Notes: generated by a model from the letters alone, not told the origin. Counted from the first letter of the stretch, positions 1 through 8,733 are shown. The stretch is 12,319 nt of DNA from Oligoflexus sp. (GCA_041736305.1 JBGSTX010000007.1:1-12319); one strand, 5' to 3'. Numbers and translations: made by a program.

Positions 1-2201
1 CATATGTCCTGCATGATGGTCTCATCAACGCCATTGACCTCATGCGCTCTAGCGTCCAGGAACTGGGCTCATGCAAGCTTGCCCCGGCTTTCAGCCAAGA
101 AAACCTAAGTCAGAATTTGGGTATCTGGGTACATTGTGGGGACCAGGTGCTTGGCCTCGCGCAGTCCGAGATACGAACTGAATTCAAGCTCGCTCAAAAG
201 ATATCCCAAGGGCATATTGTGAGCCACGTGGGGCAAGATTTCACGGCGCTTTTAATCGCTCCAGACGGCAGTAGCGTGCGCGTCGACGAGGGCAGAGTCA
301 GCAAAAACAAAGGCCTTATCGCGCAAGGCGTATCAGCCTCTCAAGACGCAGCCCTCACATGGTACGATAGCCGAGGACTCTGCAAGGTTCGGGAGGTGCT
401 AGAGGCAGCCAGCAGCAAGCGCGTCGTCAGCTGTCTCATTGGGAATGCTTGGCAGGAGTCGGAATCTCAGCCGATCGGCATTCCAACGGATATCTATGAA
501 TCCCTTTCCTATACCTGGCTGCTTAGGCAAGACCAAACCTCCATAAAAATCTATCGTCGCCTGCGCGACGCGGCAGCGCCATGGAAACAATTGGGGGAAC
601 TCCCTCTTGGAGACGCTGCAAAAACAGCCTCTTTCTTCGCCTCCAGCGTTACCGACGAAATAGGCATTCTCCGTCCAGGTGCAACACCTTACCGTATGAG
701 CGCAAAGGGTGAGCTTTTTGAGCTGCAAGGAAACCTACACGTTCTCTTGCCTCAAGTGAAACTCGTACGCGGCGAAGGCAAGTGGCAATCCGCACTCGGC
801 GAAGACCAGTGGCTCTATGCCCTTTGTCAGAAGGAAGGTGAAATTATGGAAGCATGTTCTTTCGACAAGGCAGGACATAGACAGACTCTCTCACCTCAAC
901 CCGCTGCCGGTATGAAAAATGGAACGGCGGTGCTGCCGCTCCAGCGAGGGGCTCTTTACGTCATTGGTTCGGGGCAGGGCCAGCAGTATGTCGTCCATGA
1001 AGGCCGTATCATTCTTCTCTCGAAGCTCTTTGGTGAGTTGAAGGCACCAGAATCCTGGGAATATAACCTACAGGTCTGGCGCGTTTCGGAAAGTACCGTT
1101 CTCTTGCATCTTATGACCAGCGATTCTACAGGGTCGGCGCGGACTACTCTGTTCCGCTTTGATGGGCGCAAGCTCGCTAAGGAGGCCGAAGCAGGACCTG
1201 ATAATATGATCACAAATGATCGGGCCAAGCTTCAGATGTGGCGTGATCACGACGGGCTCTGGCGCCGCTATGGGCTCATTTCCAGTGAATTGCCGATCAT
1301 TTCTGCAGCTGAGCCCGCGCATCTCCTCAGTCTTCAGTTGCCGCTTCCCAATGAACTGGGTGCAGCCGCCGTGAGTGGCGACCAGCTGATCTTGGCTGAT
1401 CAGCAGGGCTTTTCGCTCTGCCCAGAGGCAGCAGCTGCGTCAATTGACGAGCAGACTTTGAAGCTACCACAGGCCAAAGACTGCCAACACCAGCATTTCA
1501 ACGGAAAGATCCGCCAGATGGCCGCTCAGGGAGAGCAGCAGTTGCTCCTCCTCTCAGGGCGAGATCTTTGGCAGTTTGACAAGATGCAGAAAACTTTTTC
1601 TTTGCTCTATCGAGGTGTCGATAGTCAGAGATTTTACTTCCAAGGGAATACGCTCACCTTTGCCCACGAAGGATCAATTTGGCAACTTGAGCTGGATTCG
1701 GGTGCGCTCGTCGACCGCGGGCCTTTACCTTTATCCATTCCTAGTACCGCCGTGAAAATGCTCACCGATCATATGATCTGCGCCGAGGAGGGTATCTTCG
1801 GGCGGCAGGACAGAGCTCAGGCCTGGGTTCGCCTTGCTGGGCGATGCATGGGTGCAGTTGCTGAGGAATCAACGGGCCTAAGCTTTGCGTTGACCCCAGA
1901 CTCTTTGCTGCAATGCCAAGGTGCACAATGTACTAGCCTGGCTCCTACCCCCTTTGGTGAGCTTGATAAGCTCACAATTGGTTTCGACCGAGGCCCTCGC
2001 CGAGATTTGCTTGTGACGCGAGGACGTCAGGTCTATAAACTCGAAGATGGGCAATTACAGAACTGCAAGATGCGCTGGGCCTACGGCGAGCTGCCTTTGG
2101 CCGATGTCAAAGGGATCGAAAACGGTTGGCTCGTGACGGCCGGAGGTGGCGCGGTCGGCCAGGTTTGCGAGGCGGAGCAGCGGCTGTTTCGATTGGACTA
2201 G
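1..2201 (+). CDS. Large hypothetical protein, 5'-partial; probable multi-blade beta-propeller, Cys-rich, likely exported
   Basis: The frame of ORF 42..2201 stays open back to base 3 (YVLHDGLINAIDLM), so the true start is probably upstream of the window. Repeated short hydrophobic strand/Gly-Asp turn patterns (GDQLILADQQG, LLLLSGRDLWQFD, LTFAHEGSIWQLE, LLVTRGRQVYKLE, GWLVTAGGGAV) suggest propeller blades. The fold is an inference. Confidence 0.6.
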   Translation, partial: YVLHDGLINAIDLMRSSVQELGSCKLAPAFSQENLSQNLGIWVHCGDQVLGLAQSEIRTEFKLAQKISQGHIVSHVGQDFTALLIAPDGSSVRVDEGRVSKNKGLIAQGVSASQDAALTWYDSRGLCKVREVLEAASSKRVVSCLIGNAWQESESQPIGIPTDIYESLSYTWLLRQDQTSIKIYRRLRDAAAPWKQLGELPLGDAAKTASFFASSVTDEIGILRPGATPYRMSAKGELFELQGNLHVLLPQVKLVRGEGKWQSALGEDQWLYALCQKEGEIMEACSFDKAGHRQTLSPQPAAGMKNGTAVLPLQRGALYVIGSGQGQQYVVHEGRIILLSKLFGELKAPESWEYNLQVWRVSESTVLLHLMTSDSTGSARTTLFRFDGRKLAKEAEAGPDNMITNDRAKLQMWRDHDGLWRRYGLISSELPIISAAEPAHLLSLQLPLPNELGAAAVSGDQLILADQQGFSLCPEAAAASIDEQTLKLPQAKDCQHQHFNGKIRQMAAQGEQQLLLLSGRDLWQFDKMQKTFSLLYRGVDSQRFYFQGNTLTFAHEGSIWQLELDSGALVDRGPLPLSIPSTAVKMLTDHMICAEEGIFGRQDRAQAWVRLAGRCMGAVAEESTGLSFALTPDSLLQCQGAQCTSLAPTPFGELDKLTIGFDRGPRRDLLVTRGRQVYKLEDGQLQNCKMRWAYGELPLADVKGIENGWLVTAGGGAVGQVCEAEQRLFRLD

Positions 2202-2210
2202 ACTCGGTAA

Positions 2211-3581
2211 GTGCCGGGCCTTGGCGCTCGGTCAAAAAAGACAAAAGGTGTCTTTCTGAAATCTCTTAACTTTATCTTCACCTTGACTCGCGCCTTCTTT
2301 GCTCTCCTCTGCAGCAGTCTCGTAGGGTGCAGCCTGCACGTCCATAGTGGCAGCCAGACCCTAGCAGAGGTCCCCGTAGTAGTCTCGGACGCTCCCCTCC
2401 CCTCTGACTCTGCTTCCGAAGTGCTTGCTGAAGAGGCAGTTGTAATCGATAAGATCGAAGTCCTAGGAAGTCCCAACACCACAGTTGGATTCTTGGAGAC
2501 CTATCTCGATCTGCCCATCGGACAGCCTATACCTGCCAGCTTGCTGCAGGATCATCTTTCGAGATTCAAACTGCGGCTCGAAGCGCTTGCCTATTTCAAA
2601 AAAATCGATCTTCGGCTCGAACGAGGCAGTGTTCGCAATCACTTCATCGTCGTGGTCGAACTGGAGGCTATCAGCGCATTTTACGGAGGGATAGGGGCAA
2701 ACTCTTTCAATGAAACTAATTTGGTTTCCTCGAGCAGCGGGACTTTAGGAAAGTCGATGCAAGAAAAGGTATTTTTCGGAACGCGCGACATAGGTGGCAG
2801 CGGTCTCATGTCAGATATCGAACTGCGACGCGACAGGTTCGATCTCGAGCAGTCAGAGGCAAAAGGACACACGATTACGGCCAGCCTCTTTCATCCAGCC
2901 TTCCTTAAGTCGGCGTATTTTGGTGGAGTTAAAATATCTGAATCCCGTTTGAAGGCAAAAATAGTTTTTTCCAGTATCGAGGAGTTGCCTCAATTTCCAA
3001 CGGGTCCCTACCGGCTTACTGTTAAGAGTAGCAACTATGAACTTCAATGGGGTCGCCGCTTCGGCCTCAGCTCTTGGAGTGTCCTCGGCGGGGAATCGCG
3101 GCAAGAGACCATAAGCTCTGAAGACTCTAACTTTGATCTATCCAATCGCTATGTCGGGGCTCGTTTCAACTACTCAGAAAAGTCTTATCTGGCAGCGGTC
3201 GAGCCTGGAAGCGTGATTGAAGTCTCCATCCGCCAAGAAATTGGATCTGGAAGCGCGATCACTGTCGCTTTCGAAAACAGCCAATTTATTTCAGAACGCC
3301 AGGTCCTTACCCCTAAGCTGCAAAGTTTTATATACAAGGAGCAGAAGCAACTCTATCAAACGCATCTGGCCTCCCTCCTCTACGCTTGGGTTTCACCCTG
3401 GGACTGGGTGATGGGGGTGGAACCTCGCAGCGCGTTTAGCTCGAAGGAGAGGCCCACTTACGGAATCAAGCTCTCAGCCACCTATATCAGCGCCAGCTTT
3501 TTGGTGAACCTTAATCTCGCGGTTGGAGGGAGTAGTTTCAGCGACGATCCGGCGGAAGGCCAGCGCGGGGTCCTCCCATGA
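2211..3581 (+). CDS. POTRA-domain, Omp85 (BamA/TamA)-like outer-membrane protein with a predicted lipoprotein signal
   Basis: A hydrophobic stretch ends in lipobox LVGC (Cys codon 2328-2330). One POTRA-like domain follows (VIDKIEVLGSPNT...LRLEALAYFKKIDLRLERG...IVVVELE), then a barrel-start motif (TRDIGGSG) and alternating amphipathic strands. The start is uncertain: GTG 2211, CTG 2256 (AAGGTG upstream) or TTG 2283. Confidence 0.75.
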   Translation: MPGLGARSKKTKGVFLKSLNFIFTLTRAFFALLCSSLVGCSLHVHSGSQTLAEVPVVVSDAPLPSDSASEVLAEEAVVIDKIEVLGSPNTTVGFLETYLDLPIGQPIPASLLQDHLSRFKLRLEALAYFKKIDLRLERGSVRNHFIVVVELEAISAFYGGIGANSFNETNLVSSSSGTLGKSMQEKVFFGTRDIGGSGLMSDIELRRDRFDLEQSEAKGHTITASLFHPAFLKSAYFGGVKISESRLKAKIVFSSIEELPQFPTGPYRLTVKSSNYELQWGRRFGLSSWSVLGGESRQETISSEDSNFDLSNRYVGARFNYSEKSYLAAVEPGSVIEVSIRQEIGSGSAITVAFENSQFISERQVLTPKLQSFIYKEQKQLYQTHLASLLYAWVSPWDWVMGVEPRSAFSSKERPTYGIKLSATYISASFLVNLNLAVGGSSFSDDPAEGQRGVLP

Positions 3582-4165
3582 CCCATCGACTGATCTGGTT
3601 CGAGCTGCTGCTTGGGCTCGTAATCAGCGGCGAAGGCAAGGCCGAACACCCGTGCACGGTGCTGCTCAAACCCAAGACCCACTCCCTTCAACTTTGGCTG
3701 ACCGATCTCGAAGAGGCTTTTCCCGAATTTCAGCAAAAGGCCGATAAAGGCGTCACGGTCACGCTCGATCATCGCGTCTCTATCAAGGGTAAATCGCCTG
3801 AGCTAAGCTATTCCTTTGGATGCAAGGTGACTTTCGATCTTTGGAACAAACGCTATGCAGTCGTTCCCACCGGACTCTCGTCCACTTCTGATCCTCACTT
3901 GATCTCTAGCCTCGGACAGCTCCCCGAGGGCTGCCGGGGTGCTCTTTTACCAGGTAAGAACCTCCTTGGAAACCAGGAATTAGAAATCGTCTCGCGGCTC
4001 GATCCAGTCAGTGCTGAGCTAGCAGAAAAAACTCGCTCCTGGCTCGCTGAACGCGGCGTAGGTTCGGGCTCCCGAGCTCTTTTAGGCCGCGCCGTGGCTT
4101 CCCTGATCGATCTTAAAGAAGATAAGGCGGTGAAGCGCACATGCCGGATTAAGGCTGAGTTATGA
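3578..4165 (+). CDS. Periplasmic protein, DUF4390-like
   Basis: N-terminal signal peptide (LIWFELLLGLVISGEGKA). The CKVTFDLWNKRYAV segment resembles the DUF4390 core motif, and the position directly upstream of an NtrY-type kinase is the known DUF4390 context. ATGA overlaps with both neighbours (3578-3581, 4162-4165). Confidence 0.55.
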   Translation: MTHRLIWFELLLGLVISGEGKAEHPCTVLLKPKTHSLQLWLTDLEEAFPEFQQKADKGVTVTLDHRVSIKGKSPELSYSFGCKVTFDLWNKRYAVVPTGLSSTSDPHLISSLGQLPEGCRGALLPGKNLLGNQELEIVSRLDPVSAELAEKTRSWLAERGVGSGSRALLGRAVASLIDLKEDKAVKRTCRIKAEL

Positions 4166-5649
4166 AAAAAAATTCCTATTCGATCGTCTTTAAGTATGTC
4201 CTTGCCGTAAGCCTCTCACTGCTCGCCGTTTGCGTGACGGGCATATGGAGCGGCAGTACGCTTCTCTCTAATATGGGGGCTTTGAATGCCGATAAGCAGC
4301 TGCTGCAGGCTCTGCAGGTGGGTCGCTCAACTATCCTGGTCTATCGTGACCAGCGAAAAATCTTGCTTGAACGTATTGTGGCTAACTGTGTTGCCGCGGG
4401 TAAGTGGCCTCACTGTGAGTTTTTCGGGCTGCCCTCCACGGTCGCGATCTTAGGGGACAATACTTCGCAAGGCTGGCACGACGAGAAAAATTATATCCTG
4501 GAAGTCAACGGCAGCACCTATCGGATCACCCTCGACTGGAATGAGCTCAAACCACAGTACCAGATTCTCAGCGACGTCATTCATATCCGCGAGCATCTGA
4601 ACGAAGTTTTTCCGCGCGTCCGCTACTCCTTTATTCTGGTCTTTATTTTGGCAATAGCCAGCGTGGGCTGCCTCGGTGTTCTCTCCATTTATCTTTTGAG
4701 CCGCCGACTGGGCCGTCGGGTAAGAGAGCTAAGTCGCTACGCTTATCAAATCGCAGCGGGCGAACTGATCCCTGCCCCTCCCGCGACCAGAGGCAGCGAT
4801 GAGATCGGCCTCCTCGCCAGTTCTATGGAAAAAATGGCAAAAGACCTCTCCGAAACCCGGGAAAAGCTCATCTTTACACAGAAGATGCAGTCCTGGCAGG
4901 CGGTCGCACGTAAGATAGCCCACGAAATCAAAAACCCTCTCACTCCCATCACAATCGTCGCCGAGCAGCTGCAGCGGAGCAAGAAACATGCGAGTCCAGA
5001 GTTGCAGGAAACCTTAGCCGAGGCGAGCCGCATCCTCTACGAGGAGGCTGGGGCCTTAGGGCATATGGCTAAGGAGTTCACAGCCTTTGCTCGCCTGCCG
5101 GAACCTCGGCTCGATCACATCGATGCCTTGGCGTTAGTTCAAGACTTTATCCAGCGCAACCAGAGATCGGGCGGACCTTTATTCAAACTCAATTCCTCAG
5201 GCCTAGCCTCGTGCAGCGTGATGGGCGATCGGGGGATGCTCATGCAAATTTTCCATAATCTGGTCAACAACGCGGCATTAGCCAAGGCTCCTGAGCGAGT
5301 CACTGTCATTTTCACTCTTTCGCTGACCAAGTCTCACTGTTTGATCGACGTCAGCGACGACGGACCAGGCGTGCCTGAAGCCCTTTGCCTTACTCTCTTC
5401 GACGCCTATGTAAGCTCGCGTTCGACGGGTGAAGTCGAAAAAGGGATGGGCCTTGGTCTCACGATTTCTCGAAAAATAGCGACCGATCACCGCGGCACGC
5501 TGAAGCTTTTACACAGTGGCCCAGGTGGGGCAAGCTTTCGCTGTGAGCTGCCGCGCGCTGTATTTGCAGATGAGAGTCAGTCCCTAAATCCCCATCACGA
5601 CCAGCCAAGGAGACTGAAACGTGCGCAACGAATCCCACTCCAGAGTTAA
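4162..5649 (+). CDS. Membrane-bound HAMP-domain sensor histidine kinase, NtrY-like
   Basis: Two TM helices flank a periplasmic region of about 120 aa. HAMP (GSDEIGLLASSMEKM), NtrY-type H-box WQAVARKIAHEIKNPLTPI, N-box QIFHNLVNNA, G1 VSDDGPGV and G2 KGMGLGLTIS are all present. Confidence 0.93.
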   Translation: MKKNSYSIVFKYVLAVSLSLLAVCVTGIWSGSTLLSNMGALNADKQLLQALQVGRSTILVYRDQRKILLERIVANCVAAGKWPHCEFFGLPSTVAILGDNTSQGWHDEKNYILEVNGSTYRITLDWNELKPQYQILSDVIHIREHLNEVFPRVRYSFILVFILAIASVGCLGVLSIYLLSRRLGRRVRELSRYAYQIAAGELIPAPPATRGSDEIGLLASSMEKMAKDLSETREKLIFTQKMQSWQAVARKIAHEIKNPLTPITIVAEQLQRSKKHASPELQETLAEASRILYEEAGALGHMAKEFTAFARLPEPRLDHIDALALVQDFIQRNQRSGGPLFKLNSSGLASCSVMGDRGMLMQIFHNLVNNAALAKAPERVTVIFTLSLTKSHCLIDVSDDGPGVPEALCLTLFDAYVSSRSTGEVEKGMGLGLTISRKIATDHRGTLKLLHSGPGGASFRCELPRAVFADESQSLNPHHDQPRRLKRAQRIPLQS

Positions 5650-7039
5650 GATAGAACCCGAAACGCGTGAGCTCAAGGCCGGTGGTCGCATTCTAGTAGT
5701 CGACGACGAGCGCAATATTCGGACATCGCTGCGCATGCTTCTTTGCGATGAAGGGTTCTCTGTGGATCTGGCTTCCAATGGCGAAGAAGCAGAAAAAATC
5801 ATGGCCGAAACTCCACCTCACTTGATTCTTCTCGACATCAGGCTGCCGGGCGTAAACGGCCTCGATCTGCTCAAGATCTGGAAAGTTCAGAAGCCCAATC
5901 TTCCCATGATTCTGATGAGTGGCGAGGCCAGCCTTACAGAAGCCTTGGATGGTCTCAAGGTAGGGGCTTATGACTTCATAGAAAAACCTTTCATAACAGC
6001 TCGGCTGATCAACACCATCTACCGTGCGATGGAGCGCTCGCGCTTGCATGAAGCCAATCACGAGGCTGATGAGGAAACGATAGTTGGAAAGTCGCCTGCC
6101 CTGCAGGAGGTGCTCGCCAACATAAGAAAGATCGCTCCGACCAGAACTCGGGTACTCATCACCGGTGAATCAGGCACCGGCAAAGACCTGCTCGCCCGTG
6201 CCATCCATCGCCTGAGTACCCGCGCCAATCATGCTTTCCTCAAAATTAATTGCGCGGCCATCCCCAGCGAATTGATCGAGTCTGAGCTCTTTGGACATGT
6301 AAAAGGCGCATTCACTGGCGCTACCTCTGCTCGCCGTGGGTATTTCGAAGCCGCCAATGGTGGAAGTCTTTTTCTCGATGAAATTGGTGATCTTTCCACC
6401 TCGGCGCAGGCCAAAATTTTAAGAGCTCTGCAGAACGGTGAGATCACGCCGGTCGGTAGTAATTTGACGATTCATATCGATGTGCGCGTAATCGCGGCTA
6501 CCAACCGCGACCTGAGAGCTGCGGTTGAAGTTGGTAGCTTTCGCGAGGATCTTTTCTATCGCCTAGCGGTGGTTAGTTTGGAAAGTCCTCCGCTCAGACA
6601 TAGAGCTGAAGACATACCTCTGCTGGTTGAATATTTCGCGCGGCAGATTCAGCGGGATAATGGGCTTCGCCCAAAAAAGTTTGATCCTGCAGTGATCTCC
6701 CGTCTAGCCGCCTACAAGTGGCCAGGAAATGTCCGTGAGCTGCGTAATGTGATCGAGAGGCTGCTGATCCTCGGAGGTCCGATTATCGGAGTCGAGGATC
6801 TTCCCAGCGATATTCAGCAGGGCGATTCAGCTGTTTTCTGTGCCGAAGTCGCCCCTTTATTTCTCATCTCCCCTTGGGAAACTTTCAAGCTCAACTCGGA
6901 ACGCAGCTACTTAATTGCAGTGCTGCGTCAGTGCAAGGGTAACATTTCGGAAGCTGCTCGACTGCTGGAGATTGAGCGCAGTACCGTTCATAAATGGCTG
7001 AAGTCGCTTCATATCGAAAAAAGCCACTATTTAATTTAG
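5621..7039 (+). CDS. Sigma-54-dependent response regulator (NtrC/NtrX-type bacterial enhancer-binding protein: REC-AAA+-HTH)
   Basis: REC domain (ILVVDDE, LLDIRLPG, FIEKPF), Walker A GESGTGKD, ESELFGHVKGAFTGA, Walker B LFLDEIG, FREDLFYRL, WPGNVRELRN and Fis-type HTH GNISEAARLLEIERSTVHKWLK. GTG start with AAGGAG at 5607-5612; 29-nt overlap with the kinase gene. Confidence 0.96.
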   Translation: MRNESHSRVKIEPETRELKAGGRILVVDDERNIRTSLRMLLCDEGFSVDLASNGEEAEKIMAETPPHLILLDIRLPGVNGLDLLKIWKVQKPNLPMILMSGEASLTEALDGLKVGAYDFIEKPFITARLINTIYRAMERSRLHEANHEADEETIVGKSPALQEVLANIRKIAPTRTRVLITGESGTGKDLLARAIHRLSTRANHAFLKINCAAIPSELIESELFGHVKGAFTGATSARRGYFEAANGGSLFLDEIGDLSTSAQAKILRALQNGEITPVGSNLTIHIDVRVIAATNRDLRAAVEVGSFREDLFYRLAVVSLESPPLRHRAEDIPLLVEYFARQIQRDNGLRPKKFDPAVISRLAAYKWPGNVRELRNVIERLLILGGPIIGVEDLPSDIQQGDSAVFCAEVAPLFLISPWETFKLNSERSYLIAVLRQCKGNISEAARLLEIERSTVHKWLKSLHIEKSHYLI

Positions 7040-7060
7040 TGAGGGGGCCCGGCCTCAGCC

Positions 7061-8119
7061 CTAGGGAATGAAAACCCCAGCGCCGAATGCCCATTCGTCG
7101 AACGAATCGATCGTCCCGTCCCGCGCCTCATAAAATGTCGACGCGAAGCGAACTCTGGCCCATTCATAAAAAATAAAATCATTTTTGTAGATGAAGGTGC
7201 GGTGACCGGCGATCACCCTCGCTAGAGCGCTGAGCTCCCAAGTCTTCGGGTCCACCGAGCTGCGGCGCCCATGCATAAGGCAGGGGGCGAGGGAAAAGCT
7301 GAGATAACTCGCTCCGAGGGGGCTGTGGAAAGTTCCATCGACGCTAGCACCGCTGCAGCCGATCGACATGTCGAGGCGCCCGACTTTCTTTCTGAAAAGG
7401 GTCTCGAAATCTCTATAGAAATTTTGCTGGAAAAAATAACCAGTCGCCATAGGAGAGAGTCCAAAGCTATAGGCATAGCGCCCGACCGCTGCCGGATGCT
7501 CAACATTGCTGAAACTGAAACCACCGAGAACGGAGGGCGAGGGGCCCAGTTTCAAAATTTCTGTTCGGCTCGCGTCGCGGGCCTTGTACATGAGAGAGCG
7601 CGAAGGAGCCAAGGAGGTAAACGCATTGGGGCGTAGACGCCACATATTGGCTTCAATCCAGCTTGAAGACCTGTCCTGCTGCGGAATAGGGAAGGTGTCG
7701 ATGAGCTGGAGTTTCACGCCGCCCTCATTGGATTCAAGGCGATAGAGCGCAGCCTGCATCAACTGCAGTTGAGCGTTGAGCGAGAGAAAAACGATATGGG
7801 TAAGAGTGGTTTTCTGAACGAGATAGGTCAGCGCTTCAGGCAGCAGTCGCTCAGCTGGCAAGGAATGATAGGACGAGATACCAAGCGTCCCGAAAGCTTT
7901 CTTGTTTTCCGCAGGAGGCAAAAAAACTGCGCACGCGATCTTATAGCGCGCAAGAGCCGCAGGGCGGGTGGCCTCGATCAGGCGGTCCGCGTAGGCCTGA
8001 TCTGAGACGGCTGGAGGGACAACGCCTACGTTATCCTTGCAGCTTAAAGCTTTTGCGCCGCTCGAAAAAAATGCCAAGGCAAACAGCAAAAGTATCAGGC
8101 TGGGCCGTGAAATCAGCAT
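7061..8119 (-). CDS. Exported hypothetical protein; C-terminal half probably an outer-membrane beta-barrel
   Basis: Signal peptide MLISRPSLILLLFALAFFSSGAKA. The C-terminal half has aromatic-rich alternating strands (YAYSFGLSP, LGASYLSFSLAP, FIFYEWARVRF, EWAFGAGVFIP). It starts 12 nt after the stop of the Bor-like gene upstream. Confidence 0.6.
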   Translation of the reverse strand: MLISRPSLILLLFALAFFSSGAKALSCKDNVGVVPPAVSDQAYADRLIEATRPAALARYKIACAVFLPPAENKKAFGTLGISSYHSLPAERLLPEALTYLVQKTTLTHIVFLSLNAQLQLMQAALYRLESNEGGVKLQLIDTFPIPQQDRSSSWIEANMWRLRPNAFTSLAPSRSLMYKARDASRTEILKLGPSPSVLGGFSFSNVEHPAAVGRYAYSFGLSPMATGYFFQQNFYRDFETLFRKKVGRLDMSIGCSGASVDGTFHSPLGASYLSFSLAPCLMHGRRSSVDPKTWELSALARVIAGHRTFIYKNDFIFYEWARVRFASTFYEARDGTIDSFDEWAFGAGVFIP

Positions 8120-8131
8120 CGAAAGATCCGA

Positions 8132-8425
8132 TCATTCGCAAAGGATCGAAACATCGATCGGCCGCCATTGATAAAATGTTGCAGACCACAGAAGGCTCGC
8201 GCCCAGCGTATGTTCCGTCGTGAGCGTTTTAAACTTCCTGTTGCGACAGTTCGCGTCGAGGTCGATGGGCTCTTCCCCTTCGATCAAACCGAAAACCAGC
8301 GACGAATGCCAGACGTCGAGGTTCGAACGCTTTTGGTAGCGATCGCTTTCCGAAAACTGGATCGTCGTGCAGGCGCTGCCGAGCCCGCAGGACAATAAGA
8401 ATAATGCGAATGCACGCGTCCCCAT
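8132..8425 (-). CDS. Bor/Iss-family small lipoprotein (second copy)
   Basis: The likely start is ATG 8425, with GAGGAGGAG upstream and a TGATG overlap with the previous stop. Lipobox GSAC, then WHSSLVFGL...IDLDANC...TLGASLLWSATFYQWRPIDVSILC, matching the lambda Bor layout (FFVSGI..VDAAKIC..ITLGIYTP.EARVYC). Confidence 0.72.
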   Translation of the reverse strand: MGTRAFALFLLSCGLGSACTTIQFSESDRYQKRSNLDVWHSSLVFGLIEGEEPIDLDANCRNRKFKTLTTEHTLGASLLWSATFYQWRPIDVSILCE

Positions 8426-8733
8426 CACCGGCTCCTCCTCACACACCAGACGCGCGCGGTCTGCGGGAAGTAGATCCCAAAGGTGAGGACCCGGGCGGCC
8501 ATGTCCCAGCCGCTTGCCGTCGTTTGATACTTCTTCGCGTCGCGCCCCTTGCAGACTTTAAGGGTGTTCACCACCCGCACAGAGGGGGTAAGACCCCAGA
8601 AATAAAAACTCTGCATCTCATCGAAATCAGGCGGAACGTTCTCGCCCACCAGCTGGCCGCGGTAAGCTGTCACCGTCGTACAAGCCTGACTCATGAGAGC
8701 CAGAGCGAAACCCATCTTAGGAAGATATCGCAT
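8425..8733 (-). CDS. Bor/Iss-family small lipoprotein (first copy)
   Basis: Lipobox SQAC, then QSFYFWGL...VNTLKVC...VLTFGIYFPQTARVWC, which closely resembles lambda Bor ITLGIYTPLEARVYC. ATG 8733 (GAGAG upstream) is preferred over TTG 8763. Confidence 0.82.
   Translation of the reverse strand: MRYLPKMGFALALMSQACTTVTAYRGQLVGENVPPDFDEMQSFYFWGLTPSVRVVNTLKVCKGRDAKKYQTTASGWDMAARVLTFGIYFPQTARVWCVRRSR

Noticed and set aside
7040-7057. TGAGG-N8-CCTCA hairpin between the convergent operons as a terminator
   Set aside because: The stem is only 5 bp with no proper U-tract; too weak to call.
8132-8733. Prophage remnant implied by the Bor-like genes
   Set aside because: No lysis, structural, integrase or other phage genes in the window.
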